Made by a program: the position numbers and the translations under genes
In this document: in pieces, positions 8,961-19,282 of the stretch
Layout of the letters: each line of letters opens with the position of its first letter
Position numbering within the stretch: position 1 is the stretch's first letter
Notes under the pieces: generated by a model
Told to the model about the DNA's origin: nothing
The model's input: the letters and a program-made list of their open reading frames with translations, nothing else
Database searches by the model: none
NCBI RefSeq assembly: GCF_000406145.1
Contig: NZ_CM001976.1
Location: 13,186 to 45,185 of the forward strand
Direction of reading: 5' to 3'
DNA length: 32,000 nt
From: Dickeya dadantii NCPPB 898
GTDB lineage: Bacteria; Pseudomonadota; Gammaproteobacteria; Enterobacterales; Enterobacteriaceae

Positions 8961-10334
8961 ATGCCCGAACAAACCATAGACTGGGATTTATCCCTGATCC
9001 AGAAATACAACTATTCGGGGCCGCGCTACACTTCTTATCCTACCGCGCTGGAATTCAGCGATAGTTATGACAACGCCGCTTTTGCTCAGGCAGTGGCCCG
9101 TTACCCTAACCGGCCACTGTCGCTGTACCTGCATATCCCGTTCTGTCACCGCCTGTGCTACTTCTGTGGCTGCAATAAGCTGGTGACTCGTCAGTTGCAC
9201 AAGGCGGATGAGTATCTTGACCGGCTGGCGCTGGAAATCCGCCAACGCGCGCCATTGTTTGCCGGCCGTGTCGTCACTCAGATGCATTGGGGCGGCGGCA
9301 CGCCGACCTTTCTGAACAAAACACAGATTAGCCGCCTGATGGGGTTGCTGCGCCAGTATTTCCATTTTGCCGAACAGGCCGAAATGTCGCTGGAAGTGGA
9401 CCCGCGGGAAATTGAACTGGATGTGCTCGATCATTTGCGCGCTGAAGGGTTCAATCGCCTCAGTATGGGGGTGCAGGACTTCAATAAAGAGGTGCAGCGC
9501 CTGGTCAATCGCGAGCAGGATGAAGCCTTTATTTTTGCGCTGATCGAGCGGGCCAAAGCGCTGGGGTTCGCCTCCACCAATATCGACCTGATCTACGGTT
9601 TGCCAAAGCAGACGCCGGACAGCTTTGCCTTTACCCTGCAGCGGGTGGCGGCGCTGCGCCCGGACCGTCTTAGCGTATTCAACTATGCGCATTTGCCCAG
9701 TCTGTTTGCCGCCCAGCGCAAGATCAAAGAGGCCGATCTGCCGGATGCGGAGCAAAAGCTGGCGATCTTGCAGCAGACCATTCAAAGCCTGACCGCAGCG
9801 GGTTACCAGTTCATCGGCATGGATCATTTCGCCCGGCCGGACGACGAACTGGCGGTGGCGCAACGCGAAGGAAAACTGCATCGCAATTTCCAGGGGTATA
9901 CCACCCAGGGCGATACCGATTTGCTGGGGCTGGGTGTCTCCGCCATCAGTATGATTGGCGACAGCTACGCCCAGAACCAGAAAGAATTGAAGCAGTACTA
10001 CGCTGACGTTGAACAGCATGGTCACGCATTGTGGCGTGGTTTGGCCCTGACCCGGGATGATTGTCTACGCCGTGACGTAATAAAGGCGTTGATTTGTCAT
10101 TTTCAGTTGGAATTTGCCGCGATTGAGCAGGCGTATGGTCTGTCGTTTGGCGAGTATTTCCGCGAAGACCTGGTGTTGCTGGCACCAATGGCGCAGGACG
10201 GGCTGGTGGATATTCTGCCAGATCGCATTCAGGTAACGCCCAAAGGGCGTCTGTTGATCCGTAATATCTGCATGTGTTTTGACGTGTATCTGCGCAGCAA
10301 GATGCGTGAACGTCAGTTTTCTCGGGTTATTTGA
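8961..10334 (+). CDS. hemN: Oxygen-independent coproporphyrinogen III oxidase (radical SAM) HemN
   Basis: The translation MPEQTIDWDLSLIQKYNYSGPRYTSYPTALEF..HIPFCH.LCYFCGCNK (CxxxCxxC) ..RLLIRNICMCFD.YLR......QFSRVI is colinear with E. coli HemN. A GGAAGGAG Shine-Dalgarno sequence at 8945-8952 precedes the ATG at 8961. The GTG at 8952 in the track is less likely. Confidence 0.95.
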   Translation: MPEQTIDWDLSLIQKYNYSGPRYTSYPTALEFSDSYDNAAFAQAVARYPNRPLSLYLHIPFCHRLCYFCGCNKLVTRQLHKADEYLDRLALEIRQRAPLFAGRVVTQMHWGGGTPTFLNKTQISRLMGLLRQYFHFAEQAEMSLEVDPREIELDVLDHLRAEGFNRLSMGVQDFNKEVQRLVNREQDEAFIFALIERAKALGFASTNIDLIYGLPKQTPDSFAFTLQRVAALRPDRLSVFNYAHLPSLFAAQRKIKEADLPDAEQKLAILQQTIQSLTAAGYQFIGMDHFARPDDELAVAQREGKLHRNFQGYTTQGDTDLLGLGVSAISMIGDSYAQNQKELKQYYADVEQHGHALWRGLALTRDDCLRRDVIKALICHFQLEFAAIEQAYGLSFGEYFREDLVLLAPMAQDGLVDILPDRIQVTPKGRLLIRNICMCFDVYLRSKMRERQFSRVI

Positions 10335-10355
10335 GCCAACCTGGAATAATAAAAG

Positions 10356-10387
10356 AAAACCGCCAGTCGGCATGACTGGCGGTTTTC
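10356..10387. terminator. Bidirectional rho-independent terminator (hemN / yshB-like ORF)
   Basis: CCGCCAGTC (10360-10368) pairs with GACTGGCGG (10374-10382) around the loop GGCAT. It is flanked by AAAA upstream and TTTT downstream, between convergent genes. Confidence 0.75.
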
Positions 10388-10409
10388 CGGTTTCTTGTCA
10401 GCAGTGAGA

Positions 10410-10532
10410 TTAGCTGAAGAAATTGATCAGTGCCGCGCACAACACGGCTGCAATCGCAGTTTGCGATGAATGACCCACCGCACTGCTGATTTCAGCGCCG
10501 TGCGTCACGGCAGAAAAAATGGATTCCAGCAT
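10410..10532 (-). CDS. yshB: YshB-like small membrane protein (40 aa), below the ORF-track cutoff
   Basis: My hand translation is MLESIFSAVTHGAEISSAVGHSSQTAIAAVLCAALINFFS. A GGAGAGGG Shine-Dalgarno sequence lies 6 nt upstream. It occupies the same position (between hemN and glnG) and has the same MLESI...QTA.AAVLCAA.I..FS pattern as E. coli YshB as I remember it. Confidence 0.6.
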   Translation of the reverse strand: MLESIFSAVTHGAEISSAVGHSSQTAIAAVLCAALINFFS

Positions 10533-10678
10533 GGTTACCCTCTCCAGTCAGCGACACGATCATACTGCTGGCGCGACGCAAGTAAAGTATAAAATAGTGG
10601 CGAATTTGTACGTTATATTGCACTTTTTATCGCCACTATCAGGCGGTGACCGGTGACGGGTAAAACGGCGAATTGCCG

Positions 10679-12091
10679 CTACTCCATGCCCAGTTCCTTT
10701 AGCTTGCGCGTCAGGGTATTTCGCCCCCAACCGAGTAGCCTTGCCGCTTCCTGTTTGTGCCCCTGCGTATGGCGTAACGCGGTTGTCAGCAGCGTGCGTT
10801 CCATTTCCGGCTGCGCTTCGGCCAGCAGGTTTTGATGACCGGAACGCAGCGCGCGATCGGCCCACTGCGCCAGCAACGTAGCCCAGCTGTCGGGCATGAC
10901 ATGCACGGTGGCATCCGGCGCGGTGGTTTCAAACAGTTCCGGCGGCAGGTCCTGAATCAGGACTTCCTGTCCGGCGGCCATCACGGTCAGCCAGCGGCAG
11001 GTATTCTCCAACTGACGCACGTTACCCGGCCAGGGCAGGCGGGTTAGCGCCGCTTCGGTTTCCGGGTGCAGGTTTTTCGGCTCCACCCCCAGCTCTCTGG
11101 CGGTCGCCTGCAGGAAGTAGCGCGCCAGACGCGGAATGTCTTCCCGGCGTTCGCGCAGCGGCGGTAAATGGACGCGAATCACGTTCAGACGGTGGAACAG
11201 GTCTTCGCGGAATTTGCCTTCCTGAACCCGTAACTCCAGATTCTGATGAGTGGCGGCGATGATACGCACGTCCACCTTCACTGCCGCATAGCCGCCGACG
11301 CGATAGAACTGACCATCGGCCAGCACGCGCAGCAGGCGGGTTTGCACATCCAGCGGCATGTCGCCGATTTCATCGAGAAACAGCGTGCCGCCGTCAGCCT
11401 GTTCGAAACGCCCTTGTCGAATCTGATTGGCGCCGGTAAACGCGCCTTTTTCATGGCCGAACAGTTCCGACTCGATCAGATCTTTGGGAATGGCCGCCAT
11501 ATTCAGCGCGATAAACGGCGCTTTGGCGCGTGGACTGTGGCGGTGCAGCGCATGAGCCACCAGTTCTTTACCGGTGCCGGACTCGCCATTGATCAGCACG
11601 CTAATCGACGAACGGGAAAGCCGGCCGATAATCCTGAATACGTCCTGCATGGCCGGCGCTTCGCCGATGATATCGGTGGTCGGCCCGCTAATAGGCTGAC
11701 TGCGCACCGGTTGCTGTTGTTCCATGTAATGGCTGATGGCGCGCTCAACCAGCGCCACCGCTTCGTCGATATCAAACGGTTTGGGCAGATAATCGAACGC
11801 CCCTTGCTGATAGGCGCTGACCGCGGCGTCCAAATCGGAATGGGCGGTCATGATGATGACCGGCAGCATGGGGTGACGCTGTTTAATCTGTTGCAGCAAC
11901 GCTAACCCGTCCATGCCGGGCATGCGGATATCCGACAGCAGTACATCCGGCGTTTGGGTGGTCAGCGCATTTAACGCCTGAGTGCCGTTATCAAAGGTTG
12001 CGCAGGTTAAGCCCGCCCCGGTAAGCGCACGTTCAAGCACCCAACGGATGGAGCTATCGTCATCGACAATCCAGACTATCCCTCGTTGCAT
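10679..12091 (-). CDS. glnG: Nitrogen regulation response regulator NtrC (sigma54 activator)
   Basis: The translation [69 protein letters not shown].. ends in a C-terminal HTH ([21 protein letters not shown]). The ATG at 12091 matches the E. coli N-terminus. Confidence 0.95.
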   Translation of the reverse strand: MQRGIVWIVDDDSSIRWVLERALTGAGLTCATFDNGTQALNALTTQTPDVLLSDIRMPGMDGLALLQQIKQRHPMLPVIIMTAHSDLDAAVSAYQQGAFDYLPKPFDIDEAVALVERAISHYMEQQQPVRSQPISGPTTDIIGEAPAMQDVFRIIGRLSRSSISVLINGESGTGKELVAHALHRHSPRAKAPFIALNMAAIPKDLIESELFGHEKGAFTGANQIRQGRFEQADGGTLFLDEIGDMPLDVQTRLLRVLADGQFYRVGGYAAVKVDVRIIAATHQNLELRVQEGKFREDLFHRLNVIRVHLPPLRERREDIPRLARYFLQATARELGVEPKNLHPETEAALTRLPWPGNVRQLENTCRWLTVMAAGQEVLIQDLPPELFETTAPDATVHVMPDSWATLLAQWADRALRSGHQNLLAEAQPEMERTLLTTALRHTQGHKQEAARLLGWGRNTLTRKLKELGME

Positions 12092-12099
12092 CGTGAACC

Positions 12100-13149
12100 T
12101 CACTGGCGAATGGGCAGATAAACCGAGAATTCGGTATGACCTGGCCAACTGTTAAATTCAATTTTTCCGGAATGTTGATCGATAAGGTTGCGGGCAATCG
12201 ATAAGCCCAGCCCAGTGCCGCCTTCGCGGCCGCTCACCATTGGATAGAACAGCGTATCCTGCAGATGAGCAGGCACGCCGGGACCATCGTCTTCGATGTC
12301 GATACGGGCGACCAGACGGTAACGCACGCCATGCAGCGTCAGCTGAAACGCGGTACGGGTGCGGATGGTGATGGTGCCGCCTTCTTCCCCCAGCGCCTGC
12401 ATGGCATTGCGGGTAATGTTCAGCAGTACCTGTTCTATCTGATCCGGGTCGTGCATCAGTTCCGGCAGGCTGGGGTCGTAGTCACGCACCAGCGTCACGT
12501 TGTCCGCTTTTTCCATCGACACCAGCTGGAATACCCGTTCGGCCACCTGGTGAATGCTTTGCGTGACGTGCAGGCCGGGCTGTTGCGGGCCGAGCAGACG
12601 GTCAACCAGATTACGCAAGCGATCGGCCTGTTCGATAATCACCTTGGTGTATTCCATCAGCGCCGGGTCCGGCAGCGCTTTGGACAGTAGCTGCGCCGCG
12701 CCGCGCAGGCCGCCGAGCGGGTTCTTGATTTCATGCGCCAGACCGCGCACCAGGTCGCGAGCGGCCTGCTGTTGCGCGTGTTGCAGTTGTTCCTGGCTGA
12801 GACGGCGTTGGTTATCCATCGGCGCCATTTCCAGCAGGATAAAGTCGTGCTGAATGCGCTGTGCCGTCAGCGACATGATATGCGCCCGGCCATCCACCAC
12901 GAGGGTGACTTCGTTATCGGTAAAGCCTTGCCCCGAGTCGAGACTTTCCCGCATCAAGTCGAGATTCAACGAAAAGTAACCGAGCAACTCCGGCAGTGGC
13001 GTTCCAGACAGTTTGCGTGAGCTTTGGGCCAGAAGTTGTTGCGCCGCCGGGTTGGAGTAGTGGATAGCCAGATCTTTATCCAGCAATAAGATGCTGTTTA
13101 TTAAAGAATTGAGGATCTGCCCAGCATCGGGCAGCGTGCCTGTTGCCAT
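12100..13149 (-). CDS. glnL: Nitrogen regulation sensor histidine kinase NtrB
   Basis: The product is 349 aa, running [24 protein letters not shown].. It has the H-box [12 protein letters not shown] and N/G boxes ([17 protein letters not shown]). It is colinear with E. coli NtrB and lies 8 nt upstream of glnG. Confidence 0.95.
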   Translation of the reverse strand: MATGTLPDAGQILNSLINSILLLDKDLAIHYSNPAAQQLLAQSSRKLSGTPLPELLGYFSLNLDLMRESLDSGQGFTDNEVTLVVDGRAHIMSLTAQRIQHDFILLEMAPMDNQRRLSQEQLQHAQQQAARDLVRGLAHEIKNPLGGLRGAAQLLSKALPDPALMEYTKVIIEQADRLRNLVDRLLGPQQPGLHVTQSIHQVAERVFQLVSMEKADNVTLVRDYDPSLPELMHDPDQIEQVLLNITRNAMQALGEEGGTITIRTRTAFQLTLHGVRYRLVARIDIEDDGPGVPAHLQDTLFYPMVSGREGGTGLGLSIARNLIDQHSGKIEFNSWPGHTEFSVYLPIRQ

Positions 13150-13162
13150 AACGCAGACTCCC

Positions 13163-13179
13163 GCACCATTTTAGTGCAC
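13163..13179 (-). promoter_or_regulatory. NtrC binding site at the glnL promoter (glnLp)
   Basis: The minus strand reads TGCACTAAAATGGTGC, which fits the NtrC consensus TGCACC-N5-GGTGCA. It lies 14-30 nt upstream of the glnL ATG, as for the autoregulated E. coli glnLp. Confidence 0.55.
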
Positions 13180-13226
13180 ACTATTCTGGATTGTAGTTTA
13201 AGTAGCAACTGTAAGATGTCTTGTGG

Positions 13227-13253
13227 AGAAAAAAGCCCATCCGAAGATGGGCT
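13227..13253 (-). terminator. glnA rho-independent terminator
   Basis: The minus strand reads AGCCCATC-TTCG-GATGGGCT followed by TTTTTT. This is an 8-bp GC-rich stem with a tetraloop and a T-run, about 100 nt after the glnA stop. Confidence 0.8.
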
Positions 13254-13353
13254 GAAAAGTTTCCACGGCAACAAAAATAAACATAAACAGAAAACGGTTA
13301 TCGGACGGCAATGTGAACATCATTTTCTTCGTCCTGCCGTCCAAGCGCGGGAA
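13227..13353 (-). ncRNA. Candidate 3'UTR-derived sRNA (GlnZ-like) of glnA
   Basis: The 127-nt glnA 3'UTR has an internal hairpin, GGACGGCA (13303-13310) with TGCCGTCC (13335-13342). A U-rich single-stranded stretch follows, and it ends at the strong terminator above. The call rests on position only; I cannot align it to GlnZ from memory. Confidence 0.3.
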
Positions 13354-14763
13354 TTACACGCTGTAGTACAGTTCGAACTCAACCGGATGCGGCGTCATGC
13401 GAACACGGTCGTTTTCAGCGATACGCAGTTCGATGTAAGCATCGATCGCGTCGTCGGTGAATACGCCGCCACGGGTCAGGAACTCGCGGTCTGCATTCAG
13501 GGCGTTCAGCGCTTCTTCCAGAGAGCCGGCTACGGTCGGGATCTCTTTCGCTTCTTCCGGCGGCAGATCGTACAGGTTCTTGTCCATGGCATCGCCCGGG
13601 TGAATCTTGTTGATGATGCCGTCCAGACCGGCCATCAGCAGTGCGGCGAAGCACAGGTACGGGTTGGCGGCCGGGTCCGGGAAGCGCACTTCGATACGGC
13701 GAGCTTTCGGGCTGGATACCACCGGAATACGGATAGAAGCAGAACGGTTACGAGCGGAGTAAGCCAGCATAACCGGCGCTTCGTAACCCGGAACCAGACG
13801 CTTGTAGGAGTTGGTGGTCGGGTTGGACAGCGCGTTGATGGCTTTAGCGTGTTTGATCACACCGCCGATGTAGTACAGCGCAGTTTCGGACAGGCCGCCG
13901 TATTTGTCGCCGGAGAACAGGTTAGTACCGTCTTTAGCCAGAGACATGTGGCAGTGCATACCGGAACCGTTATCACCGAACATCGGTTTCGGCATGAAGG
14001 TTGCGGTTTTGCCGAAGGCGTGCGCCACGTTGTGCACGACATATTTGTAGATCTGGATTTCGTCGGCTTTCTTGGTCATGGTGTTGAAGCGGGTAGCCAC
14101 TTCGTTCTGACCAGCGGTCGCTACTTCGTGGTGATGCGCTTCAACGACCAGGCCCATCTGCTCCATGGTCAGACACATGGCGGAACGCAGGTCCTGCGCA
14201 GAATCTACCGGCGGAACCGGGAAGTAACCGCCTTTCACAGCCGGACGGTGGCCTTTGTTGCCGTCTTCGTATTTGGTGCTGGAGTTCCAGGCGCCTTCGA
14301 TGTCGTCGATAGCAACGTGGGAACCGGAGATGCTGCTGCCGAAACGCACGTCATCGAACAGGAAGAATTCCGGCTCAGGCCCGAACAGCACGGTATCGGC
14401 GATGCCGGAAGAGCGCAGGAAGTCTTCAGCGCGTTTGGCGATGGAGCGCGGGTCGCGGTCATAGCCCTGCATGGTGCCCGGTTCCAGAATGTCACAACGG
14501 ATGATCAGGGTCGATTCTTCGAAGAACGGATCCAGAACCGCAGTAGTTGCGTCCGGCATTAACACCATGTCGGATTCGTTGATGCCTTTCCAGCCGCCAA
14601 TCGAGGAACCATCAAACATTTTGCCGTCTTCGAAGAAGTCAGCATTAACCTGGTGGGCCGGAATAGTGACGTGCTGTTCTTTACCTTTGGTGTCCGTGAA
14701 GCGAAGGTCAACAAACTTCACCTCATGTTCATTCAGCATCGTCAAAACGTGTTCTACTGACAT
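13354..14763 (-). CDS. glnA: Glutamine synthetase type I
   Basis: The translation [70 protein letters not shown] (adenylylation Tyr context)..ELYYSV is 469 aa from the ATG at 14763, as in E. coli GlnA. Confidence 0.97.
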   Translation of the reverse strand: MSVEHVLTMLNEHEVKFVDLRFTDTKGKEQHVTIPAHQVNADFFEDGKMFDGSSIGGWKGINESDMVLMPDATTAVLDPFFEESTLIIRCDILEPGTMQGYDRDPRSIAKRAEDFLRSSGIADTVLFGPEPEFFLFDDVRFGSSISGSHVAIDDIEGAWNSSTKYEDGNKGHRPAVKGGYFPVPPVDSAQDLRSAMCLTMEQMGLVVEAHHHEVATAGQNEVATRFNTMTKKADEIQIYKYVVHNVAHAFGKTATFMPKPMFGDNGSGMHCHMSLAKDGTNLFSGDKYGGLSETALYYIGGVIKHAKAINALSNPTTNSYKRLVPGYEAPVMLAYSARNRSASIRIPVVSSPKARRIEVRFPDPAANPYLCFAALLMAGLDGIINKIHPGDAMDKNLYDLPPEEAKEIPTVAGSLEEALNALNADREFLTRGGVFTDDAIDAYIELRIAENDRVRMTPHPVEFELYYSV

Positions 14764-14847
14764 ACTTGGTTCTCCCGATTGTGTCATTTATCGTCGTGGA
14801 ACGAATATCGTTGTGGAATAATGATGTTGTTACCGTACAAAGGTTAT

Positions 14848-14863
14848 AGCTAAAACTGTGCCA
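14848..14863 (-). promoter_or_regulatory. sigma54 promoter glnAp2
   Basis: The minus strand reads TGGCACAGTTTTAGCT, with -24 GG and -12 GC at the correct spacing. E. coli glnAp2 is TGGCACAGATTTCGCT. It lies about 85-100 nt upstream of the glnA ATG. Confidence 0.75.
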
Positions 14864-14918
14864 ACTTTTATGAATGGTTCTAACAGGCATTCCTGCTGGT
14901 TTTTTGTGTCCCCCTCTA

Positions 14919-15032
14919 CTGCACCAAGATAGTTAACCGCACCACCATGGAGCACCATTTTGGTGTTGTTGCACCAAAATGGTGCTTTTGATTCGAGGGG
15001 TGCTGCTTTATTGCACCGTGAAAGGGAGCACA
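14919..15032 (-). promoter_or_regulatory. NtrC enhancer cluster upstream of glnAp2
   Basis: There are several TGCACC-N5-GGTGCA-like dyads. The best are TGCACCAAAATGGTGCT (14970-14986), AGCACCATTTTGGTGTT (14951-14967) and GCACCACCATGGAGCAC (14939-14955). Weaker ones start at 14919 and 15012. They are centred roughly 100-140 nt upstream of the predicted transcription start, as in E. coli. Confidence 0.7.
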
Positions 15033-15140
15033 GACCCGGCATCAGCAGGTTGTTTGTGGAAGATGATTGTGATCTTGTTCAGTCGCTCGATTAATACGTG
15101 TACAATAGCGCGCTATTTCTAAAATGCCTGAGGCAAAGCT

Positions 15141-16964
<1,824 letters not shown>

Positions 16965-17024
16965 TTCACTATTTTGAGTGATACATCAGGCGGAATACGG
17001 TATTTGACCGAGCTGCCTTGCGAT

Positions 17025-17054
17025 AAGGCCCCACTTTGGGGCCTTTATTTTTTT
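17025..17054 (+). terminator. typA rho-independent terminator
   Basis: AAGGCCCC (17025-17032) pairs with GGGGCCTT (17038-17045) around a 5-nt loop, followed by TATTTTTTT. Confidence 0.8.
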
Positions 17055-17186
17055 CTACGCGTCCGGTATTCGCCCCGGACCGAATTTGCACCATTTTTGA
17101 CCTTATTATGATCCTGCTTATCCTCCCTGTTCAGCACGGATTTTTCTCGCTACAGTGAAAACCCTACTGGCCAATCTGGAGGACGC

Positions 17187-17798
17187 ATGCTGTATATCTT
17201 TGATTTAGGTAATGTGGTGATTGATATTGATTTCAATCGTGTTGTGGGGGTGTGGAGCAGTCTGAGCGGCGCGCCGCTGGCAGCGCTGCGTGAACGTTTT
17301 GTTCTGGGGAACACCTTTGAACAGCATGAGCGCGGTGAAATCAGCGATGAGGAGTTTGCGTCGCGACTGTGTAATGAACTGGGGATTACGCTCAGTTTTG
17401 AGCAGTTCTCGACCGGTTGGCAGGCAATTTTCATAGGTGTACGCAAAGATGTGATCGATATCATGCATCGTTTGCGGCAGGAAGGGCATCGCGTGGTAAT
17501 ACTCTCCAATACCAATCGCTTGCACTGTCAATTCTGGCCGGGTGAATACCCTGAAGTTCAGCAAGCCGTGGACCGGCTTTATCTGTCGCAGGATATCGGC
17601 CAGCGCAAACCGGAGGCGGCGATTTATCACCATGTTCTGCGTGAAGAAGGCGTTGACGCCAGCGAGGCGCTCTTTTTTGACGACAATGCCGCCAATGTGG
17701 ACGCGGCGAATGCATTGGGCATCCGTTCTATTCTGGTTAGCGATCGGCAGGTGGTGCCGGATTTTTTTGCCAGTCAGGTTTTTAAGCAGGAGTCGTAA
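17187..17798 (+). CDS. yihX: HAD-family alpha-D-glucose-1-phosphate phosphatase YihX
   Basis: The translation [32 protein letters not shown]...[25 protein letters not shown]...G....FFDDN is colinear with E. coli YihX. A GGAGGA Shine-Dalgarno sequence lies upstream. Confidence 0.9.
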   Translation: MLYIFDLGNVVIDIDFNRVVGVWSSLSGAPLAALRERFVLGNTFEQHERGEISDEEFASRLCNELGITLSFEQFSTGWQAIFIGVRKDVIDIMHRLRQEGHRVVILSNTNRLHCQFWPGEYPEVQQAVDRLYLSQDIGQRKPEAAIYHHVLREEGVDASEALFFDDNAANVDAANALGIRSILVSDRQVVPDFFASQVFKQES

Positions 17799-17805
17799 GG
17801 TCGTT

Positions 17806-18243
17806 ATGATCGCATTAATTCAGCGGGTATCCGGCGCGAGCGTGGCGGTAGACGGCGCGATAGTCGGGGAAATTGATCACGGGCTGCTGGTATTGCTGGG
17901 CGTAGAGCAGGACGACGACGAACAGAAGGCGGCCCGTTTATGCGAAAAGGTGATCGGCTATCGGATTTTCAGTGATGACAACGGCAAGATGAATCTGAAC
18001 GTTCAGCAAGCCGGCGGCAGTTTGCTGGTGGTGTCGCAGTTTACGCTGGCGGCGGATACGCAAAAGGGCATGCGCCCCAGCTTTTCCCGCGGCGCGGCGC
18101 CTGCCGAAGCCGATCGACTGTATCAGTATTTTGTCGGCCAGTGTCGTGAGCGTGGGCTGACGACGGAAACCGGCCGGTTTGCCGCGGACATGAAAGTATC
18201 TCTGGTAAATGATGGGCCGGTAACCTTCTGGTTGCAGGTCTAG
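17806..18243 (+). CDS. dtd: D-aminoacyl-tRNA deacylase
   Basis: The 145-aa product reads [58 protein letters not shown], the Dtd family pattern. The track ORF start at 17542 lies inside yihX and was rejected. Confidence 0.95.
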   Translation: MIALIQRVSGASVAVDGAIVGEIDHGLLVLLGVEQDDDEQKAARLCEKVIGYRIFSDDNGKMNLNVQQAGGSLLVVSQFTLAADTQKGMRPSFSRGAAPAEADRLYQYFVGQCRERGLTTETGRFAADMKVSLVNDGPVTFWLQV

Positions 18244-18276
18244 GCTGCAATTAAGCATGCGTTGAGAGGGGCGGTT

Positions 18277-19218
18277 ATGTATTACCTGAGAGTGCCTGAA
18301 AGCGCCGAAGAGCTGGATGCTTATTACCAGTTCCGCTGGGAAATGTTGCGTAAACCGCTGCATCAGCCGCTCGGTTCCGAACGGGATGCCTATGATGCGT
18401 TAGCGCACCATCAAACCATTGTCGATGGGCACGGAAAGCTGGTCGCGGTAGGGCGTCTCTCTATTAATGCCGACAATGAAGCCTCGATCCGGTTTCTGGC
18501 GGTGCACCCTGACGTACAGCGCAAGGGCCTGGGGACGCTAATGGCGATGGCGCTGGAGTCGGTCGCACGTCAGGAAGGCGTGAAGCGGGTGGTGTGTAGC
18601 GCCCGCGAAGATGCAATGGCGTTTTTCTCCCGCCTTGGCTTTGTCAATCAGGGGGAAATCACCACGCCGATGACCACGCCGGTACGCCATTTTTTGATGA
18701 TTAAACCGGTGGCGACGCTGGATGACATTCTGCATCGTCCGGACTGGTGTGGTCAGTTGCAGCAGGCGTGGTACAACCACATTCCTCTCAGCGAAAAAAT
18801 GGGTGTACGCATCAGTCAGTACACCGGACAGAAGTTTATTACCACCATGCCGGAGACGGGGAACCAGAACCCGCATCATACGTTGTTCGCCGGCAGCATG
18901 TTCTCGCTGGCGACGCTGACCGGATGGGGCTTGATCTGGCTGCTACTGCGCGAGCGGCAACTGGGCGGCACTATTATTCTGGCGGATGCGCATATCCGCT
19001 ACAGTACGCCGGTGACCGGTCGCCCCAGCGCGGTGGCGGATTTGGGGTCGCTGAGCGGCGATCTGGATCGGCTGGCGCGCGGGCGCAAAGCACGGGTGCA
19101 ATTGCAGGTGGAACTGTTTGGTAATGATAAAAAAGGCGCGGTGTTTGAAGGTATCTACATCGTGCTGCCGCCGGATCCTAATGAATTGCTGGAACAGGGC
19201 GGTTCTGCCATTCGCTAA
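18277..19218 (+). CDS. yiiD: GNAT acetyltransferase / thioesterase-fold fusion protein YiiD (FabY)
   Basis: The translation [115 protein letters not shown] is colinear with E. coli YiiD. I chose the ATG at 18277, after GAGAGGGG. Confidence 0.88.
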   Translation: MYYLRVPESAEELDAYYQFRWEMLRKPLHQPLGSERDAYDALAHHQTIVDGHGKLVAVGRLSINADNEASIRFLAVHPDVQRKGLGTLMAMALESVARQEGVKRVVCSAREDAMAFFSRLGFVNQGEITTPMTTPVRHFLMIKPVATLDDILHRPDWCGQLQQAWYNHIPLSEKMGVRISQYTGQKFITTMPETGNQNPHHTLFAGSMFSLATLTGWGLIWLLLRERQLGGTIILADAHIRYSTPVTGRPSAVADLGSLSGDLDRLARGRKARVQLQVELFGNDKKGAVFEGIYIVLPPDPNELLEQGGSAIR

Positions 19219-19236
19219 TCCTGAAACCGGATGTGA

Positions 19237-19268
19237 AACAGCCACCATGACGGTGGCTGTTTGTTTTT
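19237..19268. terminator. Bidirectional terminator between convergent yiiD and yicH-like gene
   Basis: ACAGCCACC (19238-19246) pairs with GGTGGCTGT (19252-19260) around the loop ATGAC. It is flanked by AAA on one side and TTGTTTTT on the other. Confidence 0.75.
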
Positions 19269-19282
19269 ATGCTGTGCTGCGT

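Noticed and set aside
13174-14562. A 462-aa plus-strand ORF.
   Set aside because: It is antisense to glnA and also crosses the glnA terminator and 3'UTR. It has no homology features and the same shadow-ORF composition. Other shadow ORFs rejected for the same reason:
- 26375-27961 (528 aa, opposite spoT and rpoZ)
- 8988-10025 (opposite hemN)
- 24833-25690 (opposite trmH)
- 21124-21903 and 21809-22402 (within xanP)
- 11246-11905 (opposite glnG)
- 19745-20884 series (opposite yicH)
- 29636-30349 (opposite ligB)
- 23052-24551 series (opposite recG)
18024-18031. Chi sites (GCTGGTGG at 18024 and 31114, and the complement at 19968), plus a general scan for IS ends, integrase genes, tRNA genes, CRISPR repeats and toxin-antitoxin pairs.
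   Set aside because: Chi octamers at this density are normal for enterobacterial core DNA. I found no inverted-repeat-bounded element, no phage or integrase-like ORF, no regularly spaced repeats and no small paired ORFs. There is nothing to report.
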